From contig JAHQWJ010000062.1 in NCBI GenBank assembly GCA_029856125.1, positions 1-64,000 of the forward strand: a DNA stretch of 64,000 nt. The letters run 5' to 3'. The notes under the pieces are model-generated. The model searched no databases, was not told where the DNA came from, and was given only the letters and a program-made list of their open reading frames with translations. This stretch comes from Promethearchaeia archaeon (lineage in GTDB: Archaea > Asgardarchaeota > Lokiarchaeia > Sigyniarchaeales > SOKP01). The position numbers were made by a program, and so were the translations under genes. Below, piece after piece: positions 1 through 10,169 of the stretch; positions within the stretch are counted from its first letter, which is position 1; every line of letters starts with the position of its first letter.

Positions 1-344
1 AATGGGAAAAACGAGACGATATTGAGATAGTTTTGACAATAGATAGCGAGGAGGAAGAGTGGACCCGAAAAGTAGGTTATGTTGCCGCTGTCGTTAAAGA
101 AGTCGCTCCATCTTCAGAAAATGCAGTAGCAATTATTTGCGGTCCACCTATTATGATTAAAACTGCTCAAAACGAGCTTGAAAAATTGAATTGGAAGGAC
201 GAACAGATTCTTAATTCTTTAGAAATGCGAATGAAATGCGGAATCGGGAAATGCGGAAGATGCAATATCGGTGATAAATTTGTGTGCATTGATGGACCAG
301 TTTTCTCCTTAGCAGAGTTAAAGAGAATGCCGAAAGAGCATTAA
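1..344 (+). CDS. FAD/NAD(P)-binding [2Fe-2S] electron-transfer subunit (sulfhydrogenase gamma / PyrK / AsrB family), 5'-partial
   Basis: Frame open from the window edge; motifs ICGPPIM, SLEMRMKCGIGKCGRC and CIDGPVF. Confidence 0.85.
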   Translation, partial: WEKRDDIEIVLTIDSEEEEWTRKVGYVAAVVKEVAPSSENAVAIICGPPIMIKTAQNELEKLNWKDEQILNSLEMRMKCGIGKCGRCNIGDKFVCIDGPVFSLAELKRMPKEH

Positions 345-383
345 CTTCTTAATATAAAAATTAACATCGATAAAAGGTTTCTT

Positions 384-1664
384 TTACTTTTTTTTTATTT
401 CGTAAGTTTCAGCTAAATGCGGTATTAAGTAATACACTACCAGCAGATAGAGAGGAATTAACGATAATTCAACAAATATTGAAATAATGAAAGGATAGTT
501 TGGACCGTAAAAATCCCAGACAACTCCTCCTAAAATTGGACCTATAACGCTTCCTAAAAACTGAAAGAACTCTCCAGACCCTAATATTTTTCCACGATTC
601 TTTAACGATATTCTACTTAACATATTTTGAAAAATTAGTCCAGAAGCAATCATTATAGTCATATCTATCAATAGAAGTAATGAAAAGACCCAAATATTTG
701 CCGAATTTATTAATAACCATGTGACTAGTGCTCCTAATGTGCTTGTAACTGTTATGCCTATAGCAGGGCGAAATTTATCAACAAGTTTTCCCAATTTTGG
801 AGCTAAAAGCGTTGCAACAATGCCCGCAGGTAAATATGCCCAGGTAACTAATTGAATGTTACTTTCTATAGTTTCAATCACATAAATATTTAAAAATGGT
901 TTTGCAATTGAACCGTTAATATTACTAAGAAATAAAACTGACATCAAAAAAATTGATCCTAATATTATAGGTCCAGCGAATTTGGCGCGTTTTTCCTTAT
1001 TTTCTTTAATAAGTGGATTAGTGAGGTTAACTGAGGGATCGTTAAATTTAATTGATTCGTCCACTTCTCGATTAAATTTAAAACCCGCATAAAAGTTAGC
1101 AATTCCAAATATTGGAATACTCGCGTATAAGAGAAAGGGATTACTAGTAAAAAAACCAAGTATCATTAAAAGAAGAAACCCTATAACCCCTCCAATCATT
1201 TGGCCTATGGCATTAGCAGAATTTCTCTTTCCATAGGCTTCAGAACGATTGTCTTTATTGGATTTTTCAGCTATTAAGGTATTAAATGGTACCCAAAAAA
1301 CACCCGCCATAAAGCCTAAAGAAAATGTTCCTATTCCTAACAATATGATAGAATTTAAAATTATAGCGGTATAGATTATGAAATAAGAAGTTCCTCTACC
1401 AATTGATCCTATTAATATTAGTTTCTTCCTTGACTTCACCCGATCAGTTAAAAATCCCGTAATTGTACCGCTAATGGTTCGACCTAATACTTGAATAGAA
1501 ACAATCAGACTTATTTGTATAGCAGTTGCTAACATATTATATCGAGCAATAATTGGGACTAAAAAGCCTATAAAAAAAAAGCCTAAGCTATTAAGAATAA
1601 CGATTTTTAACATACGATTAAAATCTGGTGTGAATCGATTCGAATCTATTTCTTTGTTTAACAT
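384..1664 (-). CDS. MFS transporter
   Basis: 426 aa, about 12 hydrophobic segments; MFS motif A-like GFLTDRVKSRK and GKLVDKFRP. Confidence 0.85.
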   Translation of the reverse strand: MLNKEIDSNRFTPDFNRMLKIVILNSLGFFFIGFLVPIIARYNMLATAIQISLIVSIQVLGRTISGTITGFLTDRVKSRKKLILIGSIGRGTSYFIIYTAIILNSIILLGIGTFSLGFMAGVFWVPFNTLIAEKSNKDNRSEAYGKRNSANAIGQMIGGVIGFLLLMILGFFTSNPFLLYASIPIFGIANFYAGFKFNREVDESIKFNDPSVNLTNPLIKENKEKRAKFAGPIILGSIFLMSVLFLSNINGSIAKPFLNIYVIETIESNIQLVTWAYLPAGIVATLLAPKLGKLVDKFRPAIGITVTSTLGALVTWLLINSANIWVFSLLLLIDMTIMIASGLIFQNMLSRISLKNRGKILGSGEFFQFLGSVIGPILGGVVWDFYGPNYPFIISIFVELSLIPLYLLVVYYLIPHLAETYEIKKK

Positions 1665-1791
1665 GGATCTTTGAAAAGTGCGTATTCTTGCATTCTGAAA
1701 TAATTTATCTAATTTATTTTTTAAGGTTTCTTATCATGCATTAAAATAGAATGAGTTGGTAATAAAAATAAGGATTTTTCAATATATTCAG

Positions 1792-2766
1792 CTAGATATC
1801 GAAAATATTACCTGAGCTGTATATTGTACCATCTAATTCCAGAAGAATTTGTCCTCCTGAAGCGATTTCTATAGCGTAGTTAATACCTTCTAATACTCTT
1901 TTCATCATAAATTCAAACGCCCGAAATAAATCTTCAAGTTGAGTCTTATTACTACCAGAATAAGCATTTGATATTGCGGGGATTAATACTGGAATAAAAT
2001 CTTGGTTTAGCATAAATTCTTCGGCATCAATCATGACTTCTTTTCCTTCAGAAAACGGATCAAATACATCAATTTGTGCGAACATTACTTTACACACAAA
2101 AATTGAAGCTTTAATTTCTCTCATTATAAACTTTATTCGATTAATATCGTCTAAATATTTCTTAAAAGTTATAGCGTTAACAATGTCTTCATTAGTTATT
2201 ATGTCCTTAAGATCTATTAATTTACTAACTCTGTTTGAAACTCTTTTAGAAGAAAGCATCAATTTAAGATTCATGTTATTCTTATTAGTATAGTCCTTAT
2301 AGAAGGAAGAAATAAACATGTGAGGTGCTAAATCCTCTTGTTCTTCCGGTATATTTAATTTAAAATCGTTATCTTTAAAAACATCCATAAAATGTTTGAT
2401 AAACAGAAATTTTAACTTTAATCTATGTAAAGCTAAATAAAGACAAACGCGCGTTTTCGTATAAGCCACAACGTTTCCCATTCTAAAACGATCGTGATGA
2501 TCTCTTGCATACATCACAATTGGTTTGAGTTTTTGAACAACGCCATCGATAAAATATCTAATTATATTTTCAAGAGGTTGGCATTCTAAAATTCGGAAAA
2601 TTTCAATGACTTTTTGACTTGAAGGTTGACTTTTTGGTATTTCTCTAATAAGATCGTAATTATAGTATTCTAAGAACAAGGAAGTTAATGCCTCCATCTC
2701 CAAAACTGTTCTACAAGGTATAAAGACCTTGTTAAGATCGTTTAAAATAATACTACTTTCAGGCAT
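1792..2766 (-). CDS. Hypothetical soluble protein (324 aa) downstream of lokiactin
   Basis: Long ORF with GTGA SD-like element upstream; no recognisable motif. Confidence 0.7.
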   Translation of the reverse strand: MPESSIILNDLNKVFIPCRTVLEMEALTSLFLEYYNYDLIREIPKSQPSSQKVIEIFRILECQPLENIIRYFIDGVVQKLKPIVMYARDHHDRFRMGNVVAYTKTRVCLYLALHRLKLKFLFIKHFMDVFKDNDFKLNIPEEQEDLAPHMFISSFYKDYTNKNNMNLKLMLSSKRVSNRVSKLIDLKDIITNEDIVNAITFKKYLDDINRIKFIMREIKASIFVCKVMFAQIDVFDPFSEGKEVMIDAEEFMLNQDFIPVLIPAISNAYSGSNKTQLEDLFRAFEFMMKRVLEGINYAIEIASGGQILLELDGTIYSSGNIFDI

Positions 2767-2904
2767 ATTATTATCACTTCGTTGTCGTCGCTTGAAAATC
2801 CTTTGGACTAAACCCTAAAATATCCTTAGAGATATTTTAAATTCAATAATTAAATCAAATTTATGATTATATTTTATTTAAAAGTTATTGTTTAAAACTA
2901 GTAG

Positions 2905-2965
2905 TAGAAATTAAAAAAAGAAAAATAAAAAAATTCAAAAAATTTAGGAATTTGCCCTAAAGGGC
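2905..2965 (-). terminator. Probable oligo-T terminator after lokiactin
   Basis: On the minus strand, a short GCCCT-TT-AGGGC inverted repeat immediately after the stop, followed by several T5-T7 runs. Confidence 0.5.
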
Positions 2966-4111
2966 TTAGAAACATCTGTGAATGACTTGTGGTCCCATTT
3001 CTTTATATTCCCTTCTAGTTACCCACATTCTGTGGAAGGTTTTCAAGGAACTTAAGATTGAGCCACCAATCCATACGGAATACATACGCTCTGGAGGCGC
3101 TATAATCTTTACATCAACTGATTCTGGAATCTGTTCTTTAATTTCTTTTGTTAATCTTTCTTTGATTCCAGGGAACATTGTTGAACCACCAGAAAGCACA
3201 ATATTACCATAAAGGTCTCTACGAAGGTCGACATCACATTCAGAAATAGCACCGACAATTACATCATCGAGAGGTTCTAATTCTTTCCCGATTACTGATG
3301 GATTGAAGAAGCATTCAGGTGCTAAAAATCGTTCGACACCTACATTTATAGTTTCTCCGTCAGGAAGCATGTAGCTTTTTTCCATTCCAGCGACTTTCTT
3401 TGAAAGCATCATCTCTTTCTCTGGATCGATTGCTACATAGCAGAGTTTTTCTTTGATATCTCTAACAATTTCCTTCTCTGCAGAGGTTGTAAAAGAGTAT
3501 CCTTTTTGTCGGAGTAATCTTTGTAGGTACGTTGTGATATCACGGCCAGCAAGATCGATTCTTTGGATTGCATGACTTAGAGCAAAGCCTTCGAAAATAG
3601 GTACTACGTGAGAAACACCATCCCCAATATCTATAACGCATCCGGTCGTTCGACCAGAAGCATATAGCGACAAAACTGCCTGCATTGCTACATAAAGGGC
3701 TGGAACGTTAAAGGTTTCAAACATAATCTCAGCCATTTTTTCTCGGTTTGGTCTAGGGTTTAATGGAGCTTCAGTTAATAGAACTGGGTGTTCGCTAGGA
3801 TCGATTCTCAAGTCTGTATAAAAAGTGTAATGCCAAATCTTTTCCATTGCGGTCCAATCTTCGATAATACCATGTTCTACTGGAAACATTAGCTTTAGAA
3901 CACCTTTCAATTGCATTGCTTCTTCTCCAATATAGTATTCACGAGTGTAATGCTCAACATCAGTCATTATCGATTCATATTTAGGATAGCCAATAAGAGT
4001 TGGAAATACAGAACGAGGTTGGTCTTCACCAGCGAAGCCATTCTTGGAAATTCCTGTCCCATTATCGACTACTAAGGCTTTCGCGTTTAAAAAACTTTCT
4101 TCTTCTGCCAT
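2966..4111 (-). CDS. Lokiactin (eukaryote-like actin)
   Basis: Actin signatures [58 protein letters not shown] and C-terminal HRCF. Confidence 0.97.
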   Translation of the reverse strand: MAEEESFLNAKALVVDNGTGISKNGFAGEDQPRSVFPTLIGYPKYESIMTDVEHYTREYYIGEEAMQLKGVLKLMFPVEHGIIEDWTAMEKIWHYTFYTDLRIDPSEHPVLLTEAPLNPRPNREKMAEIMFETFNVPALYVAMQAVLSLYASGRTTGCVIDIGDGVSHVVPIFEGFALSHAIQRIDLAGRDITTYLQRLLRQKGYSFTTSAEKEIVRDIKEKLCYVAIDPEKEMMLSKKVAGMEKSYMLPDGETINVGVERFLAPECFFNPSVIGKELEPLDDVIVGAISECDVDLRRDLYGNIVLSGGSTMFPGIKERLTKEIKEQIPESVDVKIIAPPERMYSVWIGGSILSSLKTFHRMWVTRREYKEMGPQVIHRCF

Positions 4112-4493
4112 AATATTCAGCTTTTAATTTATATTTACAAAACGGTTTTTAAATTTTTTAATAGTTTAGCCATATTATTTTTTTTAATAGGTATAATAAT
4201 ATCGATAAATTATAACAAATTCAAATTATCATAATAATAAATTTCGTATATATAAATTTTTTTTATTACAAAAAAAATGAGATATCTTAGAGTGTTTCTT
4301 TAGACAAATTAATTTTTTATCTATAAGATCGGACTAAATAAATGCCCATATTGATTTCTTTTTTATTTTTTTACATTAATTTGTGTAAACAAAATATTTA
4401 CTTTTGAGACTTCAAAAAACCATTTGTGTATACAGAATATCTTAATTAAAGGAAATAATGGAAAACCACGAATTTTCCGATCGATTTTAATCA

Positions 4494-5057
4494 TTAAGGA
4501 TTTTTATTTAGATAATCGTCTATCCAAAGTTCCATCAAAACTTCATCATAGTAAACCGAATCCATGTAAAATTGCTTTTTCCTTATTCCAATCGTTTTAA
4601 ACCCAATTTTTTTGTAAAGAAAGAGAGCTCTCTCATTATCTAAAAAACTGCTTAGAATTATTTTTTCTTTATTTGATCTTTTTGATTCGCGAATAGCTTT
4701 ATCGATTAAATTAAAGCCTATGCCTAAATCTCGGAAGTTTCTCTGAACAATTATGCCTAAGCTACCAACATGAGTAGCAGCATCCCATTCGAGATTTGAT
4801 ATCTCACATTGGCCTAAAATATTGTATGGACTTAACATAGTTGGATGAATGGCCACGATACATAGTTCTCTTTCTTTTTGAATATTATGGAACCACGATT
4901 GTTTTTCGAATTTTGATCTAACAGGAAATAACACCGGTAGATAGATTTTTTCATCAACAACTTCATTAAAATTATTCCAAATGCCATCAATATCAGATTC
5001 AATAACGTGTCTGATGAGAATTTTTTCTCCGTTCCTTAGCTTGACAACTTCTTTCAT
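4494..5057 (-). CDS. GNAT family N-acetyltransferase
   Basis: Acetyl-CoA motif A FRDLGIG and motif B NERALFLYKKIGF. Confidence 0.85.
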   Translation of the reverse strand: MKEVVKLRNGEKILIRHVIESDIDGIWNNFNEVVDEKIYLPVLFPVRSKFEKQSWFHNIQKERELCIVAIHPTMLSPYNILGQCEISNLEWDAATHVGSLGIIVQRNFRDLGIGFNLIDKAIRESKRSNKEKIILSSFLDNERALFLYKKIGFKTIGIRKKQFYMDSVYYDEVLMELWIDDYLNKNP

Positions 5058-5102
5058 TAATTAAATATAAATTTTTATAATTAAATTCCTTATCGTATTA
5101 TT

Positions 5103-5564
5103 ATGGAAAATAAAAACGAACGCGATAAGGTGAAAAAAGACTCAGATGATAAAAAAAAAATTCGAGGTTACATCGAACAAATGGCTCAGTCTAAGAAAAC
5201 TCCAGTTGCAAAAGACCTCGTCCAATTAAAACATGTCGAAGTAAAGAAACAAGAAATAAGTCCTGCGACACAAAACTTAGCAAACGCCCTTAAAGATCGA
5301 TATATAGAACAGGATCAGTTTGAGCGCCTTACAAATGATGAACTTACGGTGCTTGAATCTTTTACTAGTAAAAGAATGTTCTTAACGCGAATCGCGATTA
5401 TTGCTAATCAGAGTAGACTTCCTTTAGGTATTGAACCATTTAATAAAGCAGATTTGGAAAAAATTTTAGATACTTTAGTGTCGAAAGGTTATTTAGAAGT
5501 TGAACTGGTTGGAGGGAAAAATGTGTACATTTTAACAGAGAGGGGAAAATATAGGCTTCAATAG
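5103..5564 (+). CDS. Hypothetical protein with C-terminal winged-helix domain
   Basis: C-terminus LEKILDTLVSKGYLE...YILTERGK is typical of a wHTH recognition helix plus wing. Confidence 0.6.
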   Translation: MENKNERDKVKKDSDDKKKIRGYIEQMAQSKKTPVAKDLVQLKHVEVKKQEISPATQNLANALKDRYIEQDQFERLTNDELTVLESFTSKRMFLTRIAIIANQSRLPLGIEPFNKADLEKILDTLVSKGYLEVELVGGKNVYILTERGKYRLQ

Positions 5565-5574
5565 AACGTAACCC

Positions 5575-5877
5575 TTAATCTTTCTTAAGAATCAACTTAT
5601 TAATGGAAATATCTTGGTATTCTCCGCTTGGATATTGACGCCTTATAGTTAAAGGTAAGATTTTTGATTTTAATTCTAATAGTGCGATTTTAATTGGATC
5701 TATGACATTTTTGGGCTTGTTTATTAGGATAGGAGCCCCGAACGAGATTTGTAAAGCCCTAGCACCAGTAATTCGGGCTTTTTCATATCTTGTAAGAAAT
5801 ATTGAACCAACCTTAATCGTTTTTCGAACTTCTTTATATAACTTCCTCAATTCACGAGATTCTAAAAAAGAAGACAT
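5575..5877 (-). CDS. rpo6: DNA-directed RNA polymerase subunit Rpo6 (K)
   Basis: LTRYEKARITGARALQISFGAP ... LPLTIRR motif. Confidence 0.95.
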   Translation of the reverse strand: MSSFLESRELRKLYKEVRKTIKVGSIFLTRYEKARITGARALQISFGAPILINKPKNVIDPIKIALLELKSKILPLTIRRQYPSGEYQDISINKLILKKD

Positions 5878-5989
5878 AGCATAAACCTAAGAATTAGTAA
5901 CTGTCTTTTAAAATGTAGTTTAAAATAAAACTTTTTTGGTTTTCTTCCGATATCAATTAGAACGATTGTTTTTACATGGTTAGTAAGAG

Positions 5990-6155
5990 TGCGCAAGGGG
6001 GGAATTTTTCAGTTTAAAAGAATTTTTCAGACTTTTGAACCCCCGACCGTCGAGATTGACGCCATGAATTAGCGAAAATTTACACGGTGTGAGCGTTTAA
6101 CGCTTTCCAAAATAACGCATTAGAAAGTGTCGTTATACGTCTAAACCACTCGCGC
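5990..6155 (-). tRNA. tRNA-Val(CAC) with three non-canonical introns
   Basis: Acceptor GCGCGAG/CTTGCGC plus A73. Removing about 6128-6097, 6081-6050 and 6034-6005 restores the anticodon arm ACACG-CT-CAC-AC-CGTGT, a 5-nt variable loop and the T arm GGGGG-TTCAATT-CCCCC. Confidence 0.75.
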
Positions 6156-6300
6156 AGCCTATTGTGTATAAATATTATAGATTAATTATTAAAAAGGTAT
6201 TAATATAATTTAAGAGATTCTATAGACTCTGTAACTTTAATAAATTTCTAAGCTATATCTCTTTGAAGGAGTTTCGTTATGATATTTACTGGTGATTTGA

Positions 6301-8637
6301 GTATCAAATAAAGAAGACTTTATATCCCACCCGCTTTTAAAGGAAAACTTTGTTCTGAGGAGAGCATACCAAGAAAATATTTTTATAAATTGCCTTAATA
6401 CAAACTGTTTAGTTGTCATTCCGACGGGATTAGGAAAAACAATAATTGCTTTAATGTTAGCTATACACAGATTATCAGAAACGCCTAATTCTAAAATTAT
6501 CTTCTTAGCTCCAACCAAGCCACTTGTAAATCAACATTATAAATCTTTTTTAGATTTAACGGTTATTCCTGAGGATAACTTAAAAGTAATTACTGGAACC
6601 ACATCTCCAGAAAAAAGGAGAGAGATATGGAAGGATTTGGAAATTGCTTTTATGACACCACAGGTACTTCAAAATGATATTATATCCAATCAATACTCAT
6701 TAGAGAATGTAGCATTAATCATTTTTGATGAATGTCATCGGAGTGTAGGAGATTATGCATATTGTTTTATTGCTAAGAAGTATGTAGAAACCGCTAAGAA
6801 TTGTCAAGTTTTAGGGCTTACCGCAAGTCCAGGATCTACGGAAGAGAAGATTAACGAAATAAAAAAGAATTTATTCATTGACCGTGTCGAAATTAGAACA
6901 GAACAAGATTCAGATGTGAAACCTTACATCTATAAGGTCGATAAAGAATGGATAAAGGTTAAGCTTCCAAGTGAATTTATGGACATCAAAATAATAATAA
7001 CAGAGAAATTAAGAACAATTTATAAATGGTTAAAACAACAAGAATTACTAAATTCGTCAGATATCACTAAGGTTACTAGAAAAGATTTGCTTGCGTTAGA
7101 CAAAGTAATTAATGGAAGAATTTCATCTGCAAGAACAGATGAGGAGAAGTTTCAATTATTTAGTGCGAAAAAATCTATAGCAAATGCGATAAGATTATCA
7201 CATATGGATGAGCTTATTGAGACTCAAGGAGTAAGCGCATTAGATGATTACATGAGAAAAAATATTAAAAAGATAAAACAAAACACAGCAAATAAATCAC
7301 TAAAAGAACTTTTTGGAGATTCTGACATAAAGCGCGCTCTTAGGTTAATTGAAACTAGCAAACAAAAAGGTATTGTTCATCCCAAACTAGAAGAACTTGC
7401 GGGAGTTTTACATGATCAGATCATTGAAAATGAAGACTCGAGAATATTAGTATTTTGTCATTTTAGAGACTCAGTCAACAATATAGTCAAATTTATTGAA
7501 AGAGACGAGGTTATAAGGGCTCATAAATTCGTAGGACAAGCTAGTAAATCTCTAGATAAAGGTCTAACTCAAAAAAAACAAATACAACTACTTGAAGACT
7601 TCAAAGAAGGAATTTATAACACATTAATTGCTACAAGTGTTGGAGAAGAAGGTTTAGATATAGCAGAATGCGATTTAGTAATATTTTATGACATCGTACC
7701 AAGTGCTGTACGTTCTATTCAGCGTCGTGGAAGAACCGGGAGAAAAAAGGAAGGAAAGGTTTTGTTATTAATGGCTGAAGGTACTCGCGATGAAGGATAT
7801 TTTTGGGCTGAAAAAGCTAAGGAACGGGTTATGAATCAAAGCTTAAAAAAGATGAAAGATAATGATTCAAGTTTGAAAGCGGGGCAATCAAACCTTTTAA
7901 ATTTTATAAAAGAAGACGAAGACAGCAAGGATTCTAGTAATTTTAAAAATACATCAGATATATCGTCTATCCAGAAGATCGAAGGTGCTCAGGATTACAC
8001 AATTATTTGTGATAATAGAGAGACAGCCTCTGCTGTTGTTAGAGCATTATCCCTTATGGGAGTTAGTTTAGAACTAAAACAATTACCTGTTGCAGACTAT
8101 ATACTTTCAGAAAGAGTTGGGATTGAAAGAAAATCAGCACAAGATTTTAACGATTCCGTCAAAGATGGGAGATTATTTAACGAGCTATTTGAGTTAAAAA
8201 ACAATTTTGTCAGACCCATATTAATATTAGAAGGAGACCCTTTTATAAATTCAAATATTAACCAAAACGCACTCTACGGTGCGATTACATCAATAATTTT
8301 GAATTTAGGAATTACTATATATAAAACAGACAATCCGTCTGACTCAGCAATGTTTATTTATCAGCTTGCTAAGAAAGAACAATCAGACTCTAAAAAGGAA
8401 TTTAAATTAAGATTTGACAAGAAACCAATAGAAATTACTAGTTTATTAGAATACATCGTTGCAGGTATTCCGGGTATAAACGCTCTTAGAGCTAAAAACT
8501 TACTTATGGAATTAGAATCGCTTCAAAAGATTTTTAATGCAGACATTGGGGATTTAATGAGTGTTGAAAATATAGGAAAGAAAATTGCTCAAGAAATATA
8601 TAAGCTAAGTAGATTTAAATACCAAAATAACCCCTAA
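6301..8637 (+). CDS. hef: Hef/FANCM-like DEAH helicase fused to ERCC4/XPF nuclease and HhH
   Basis: ISHPLL, Q motif RAYQ and Walker A PTGLGKT lie in frame upstream of the ATG at 6454. Also DECH, LTASPG, QRRGRTGR, nuclease ERKS..DF, and a PIP-like QSNLLNF. Start codon uncertain (non-canonical). Confidence 0.92.
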   Translation, partial: VSNKEDFISHPLLKENFVLRRAYQENIFINCLNTNCLVVIPTGLGKTIIALMLAIHRLSETPNSKIIFLAPTKPLVNQHYKSFLDLTVIPEDNLKVITGTTSPEKRREIWKDLEIAFMTPQVLQNDIISNQYSLENVALIIFDECHRSVGDYAYCFIAKKYVETAKNCQVLGLTASPGSTEEKINEIKKNLFIDRVEIRTEQDSDVKPYIYKVDKEWIKVKLPSEFMDIKIIITEKLRTIYKWLKQQELLNSSDITKVTRKDLLALDKVINGRISSARTDEEKFQLFSAKKSIANAIRLSHMDELIETQGVSALDDYMRKNIKKIKQNTANKSLKELFGDSDIKRALRLIETSKQKGIVHPKLEELAGVLHDQIIENEDSRILVFCHFRDSVNNIVKFIERDEVIRAHKFVGQASKSLDKGLTQKKQIQLLEDFKEGIYNTLIATSVGEEGLDIAECDLVIFYDIVPSAVRSIQRRGRTGRKKEGKVLLLMAEGTRDEGYFWAEKAKERVMNQSLKKMKDNDSSLKAGQSNLLNFIKEDEDSKDSSNFKNTSDISSIQKIEGAQDYTIICDNRETASAVVRALSLMGVSLELKQLPVADYILSERVGIERKSAQDFNDSVKDGRLFNELFELKNNFVRPILILEGDPFINSNINQNALYGAITSIILNLGITIYKTDNPSDSAMFIYQLAKKEQSDSKKEFKLRFDKKPIEITSLLEYIVAGIPGINALRAKNLLMELESLQKIFNADIGDLMSVENIGKKIAQEIYKLSRFKYQNNP

Positions 8638-8655
8638 ATTGGGTATGCTTAGTAT

Positions 8656-9963
8656 TTAAGCTAAGTGTTTAATCTTTTTAACACCTTGACCTATTCTTTT
8701 TATGATCTCTTCGATTTCTTCCTCTTTTACGATTAATGGGGGCATCATTATGAGCGTATCCTTTTTGTTTCCGCAATAATTTTGTAGAACGCCTTCTTTT
8801 ATTATAGAAAGCATAGCCAATTGCCCGAATGTTTCGTTAGTAAACTCCATACCCCACATTAGGCCTCTCCCTCTTACTTCTTTTATTAGTTCAGAATTAT
8901 CATCGGCAATTTCTTCTAGACCACTACCAAATAATTTTCCCATTTCTTTTACATGGTTTAAAAACTCAGGGTCAGATTGTATATCTAACATCTCACAAGC
9001 AACCACACAACCTAAATCGGAACCACCTGTTGTAGAAATATGAATGAATGGGTCGTCTTTAAACACCGCTTTCTCAATAAATGGTTTATAACTGCAAGTA
9101 GAAATTGGATAAATTCCCCCACTCATACCTTTTCCTAAAACCATAAAATCAGGGATAACTTTTTCTTTTTCATAAAGACCGCCGTATATAGCCCAAAAAT
9201 GACCAGTACGTCCAAGTCCTACTTGAACTTCATCAATTATCATCATAGCTCCATGATCATTGCATAATTCTCGAACTTCTGAAAAATATCCTTCTTGAGC
9301 GATTAATACTCCCCCCGTTGCTGGAATTGTTTCCAGAATGACGCACGCAACATCTTCCGATATGGTTTTTTTCAAGGCATCACCATCACCAAAAGGAACT
9401 TGCTTAAAATCAGGGAGATTCCAAAGGAATTTTTCTTTAAAGGCAGTATCTCCAGTTGCTAAGGCAAAACCGGTATGGCCATGATACCCTCCAATTGCTG
9501 AGATGCATTTTTTCCGTTTCGTATACGCTCTTGAAAATTTAATAGCAGTATCAACTGCTTCACCACCACTAACTCCAAAGGTAGTCTTAGTAATTCCTGG
9601 TGGCATAAGCTCTGCTAATTTTTCTCCTAATATAGCTCTCCATTCTGATAATTGTAGGTGATCACCTATGTCTAATCCGCTATCTAAAGCGTCCTTAAGG
9701 ATTTGCACAATTTTTCGGTTACCATGACCTAAATTATATACACCTCCGCATGTGTGGCAATTGTAAAGTTCCATTGGTGGATCGGTGGGTTTTGGTCCTT
9801 CCAAGGTATTAATCTTAACACCCCACCTCGTACCAGGGATAACTCCAATACCTGCTCCTTTAAAAAAGCGAACTTTTGGTGAATTCACATGCTTTGCGTA
9901 TAATTTCAGTAGTTCTTTCTGTGACAAAGTTCCAAAAAACTTCTTATCTGAAACATTTTTCAT
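8656..9963 (-). CDS. Class III PLP aminotransferase (ornithine/putrescine-like)
   Basis: SGGEAVD, YHGHT, DEVQVGLGRTG, LGKG (PLP lysine) and EVRGRGLM. Confidence 0.9.
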   Translation of the reverse strand: MKNVSDKKFFGTLSQKELLKLYAKHVNSPKVRFFKGAGIGVIPGTRWGVKINTLEGPKPTDPPMELYNCHTCGGVYNLGHGNRKIVQILKDALDSGLDIGDHLQLSEWRAILGEKLAELMPPGITKTTFGVSGGEAVDTAIKFSRAYTKRKKCISAIGGYHGHTGFALATGDTAFKEKFLWNLPDFKQVPFGDGDALKKTISEDVACVILETIPATGGVLIAQEGYFSEVRELCNDHGAMMIIDEVQVGLGRTGHFWAIYGGLYEKEKVIPDFMVLGKGMSGGIYPISTCSYKPFIEKAVFKDDPFIHISTTGGSDLGCVVACEMLDIQSDPEFLNHVKEMGKLFGSGLEEIADDNSELIKEVRGRGLMWGMEFTNETFGQLAMLSIIKEGVLQNYCGNKKDTLIMMPPLIVKEEEIEEIIKRIGQGVKKIKHLA

Positions 9964-10169
9964 GATTTTACAGAATTTTTTTTTCCATTAAAATATTTAT
10001 AATATTTAATTTACGAATAAGAGAATTTTCCTTCTGTAAAAAATGACAGAGTTAATCTAAAAACAATTAGTGAATATTAATATCAAAAATTTTATGATTA
10101 AAGATTAATATTTTTATTTTAGTAGTAATATAATTAGAATGTTATTAAAAAAATATGATGTGATTTACC

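Noticed and set aside
6237-6518. 93-aa minus-strand ORF
   Set aside because: Antisense to the true N-terminus of hef.
6298-10163. In-frame TGA upstream of hef (6298) and the Rab gene (10161) as selenocysteine or stop-codon reassignment
   Set aside because: Neither is at a Cys-equivalent site; they are within or beside GTGA SD elements; TGA terminates other genes normally (22986, 39574, porB).
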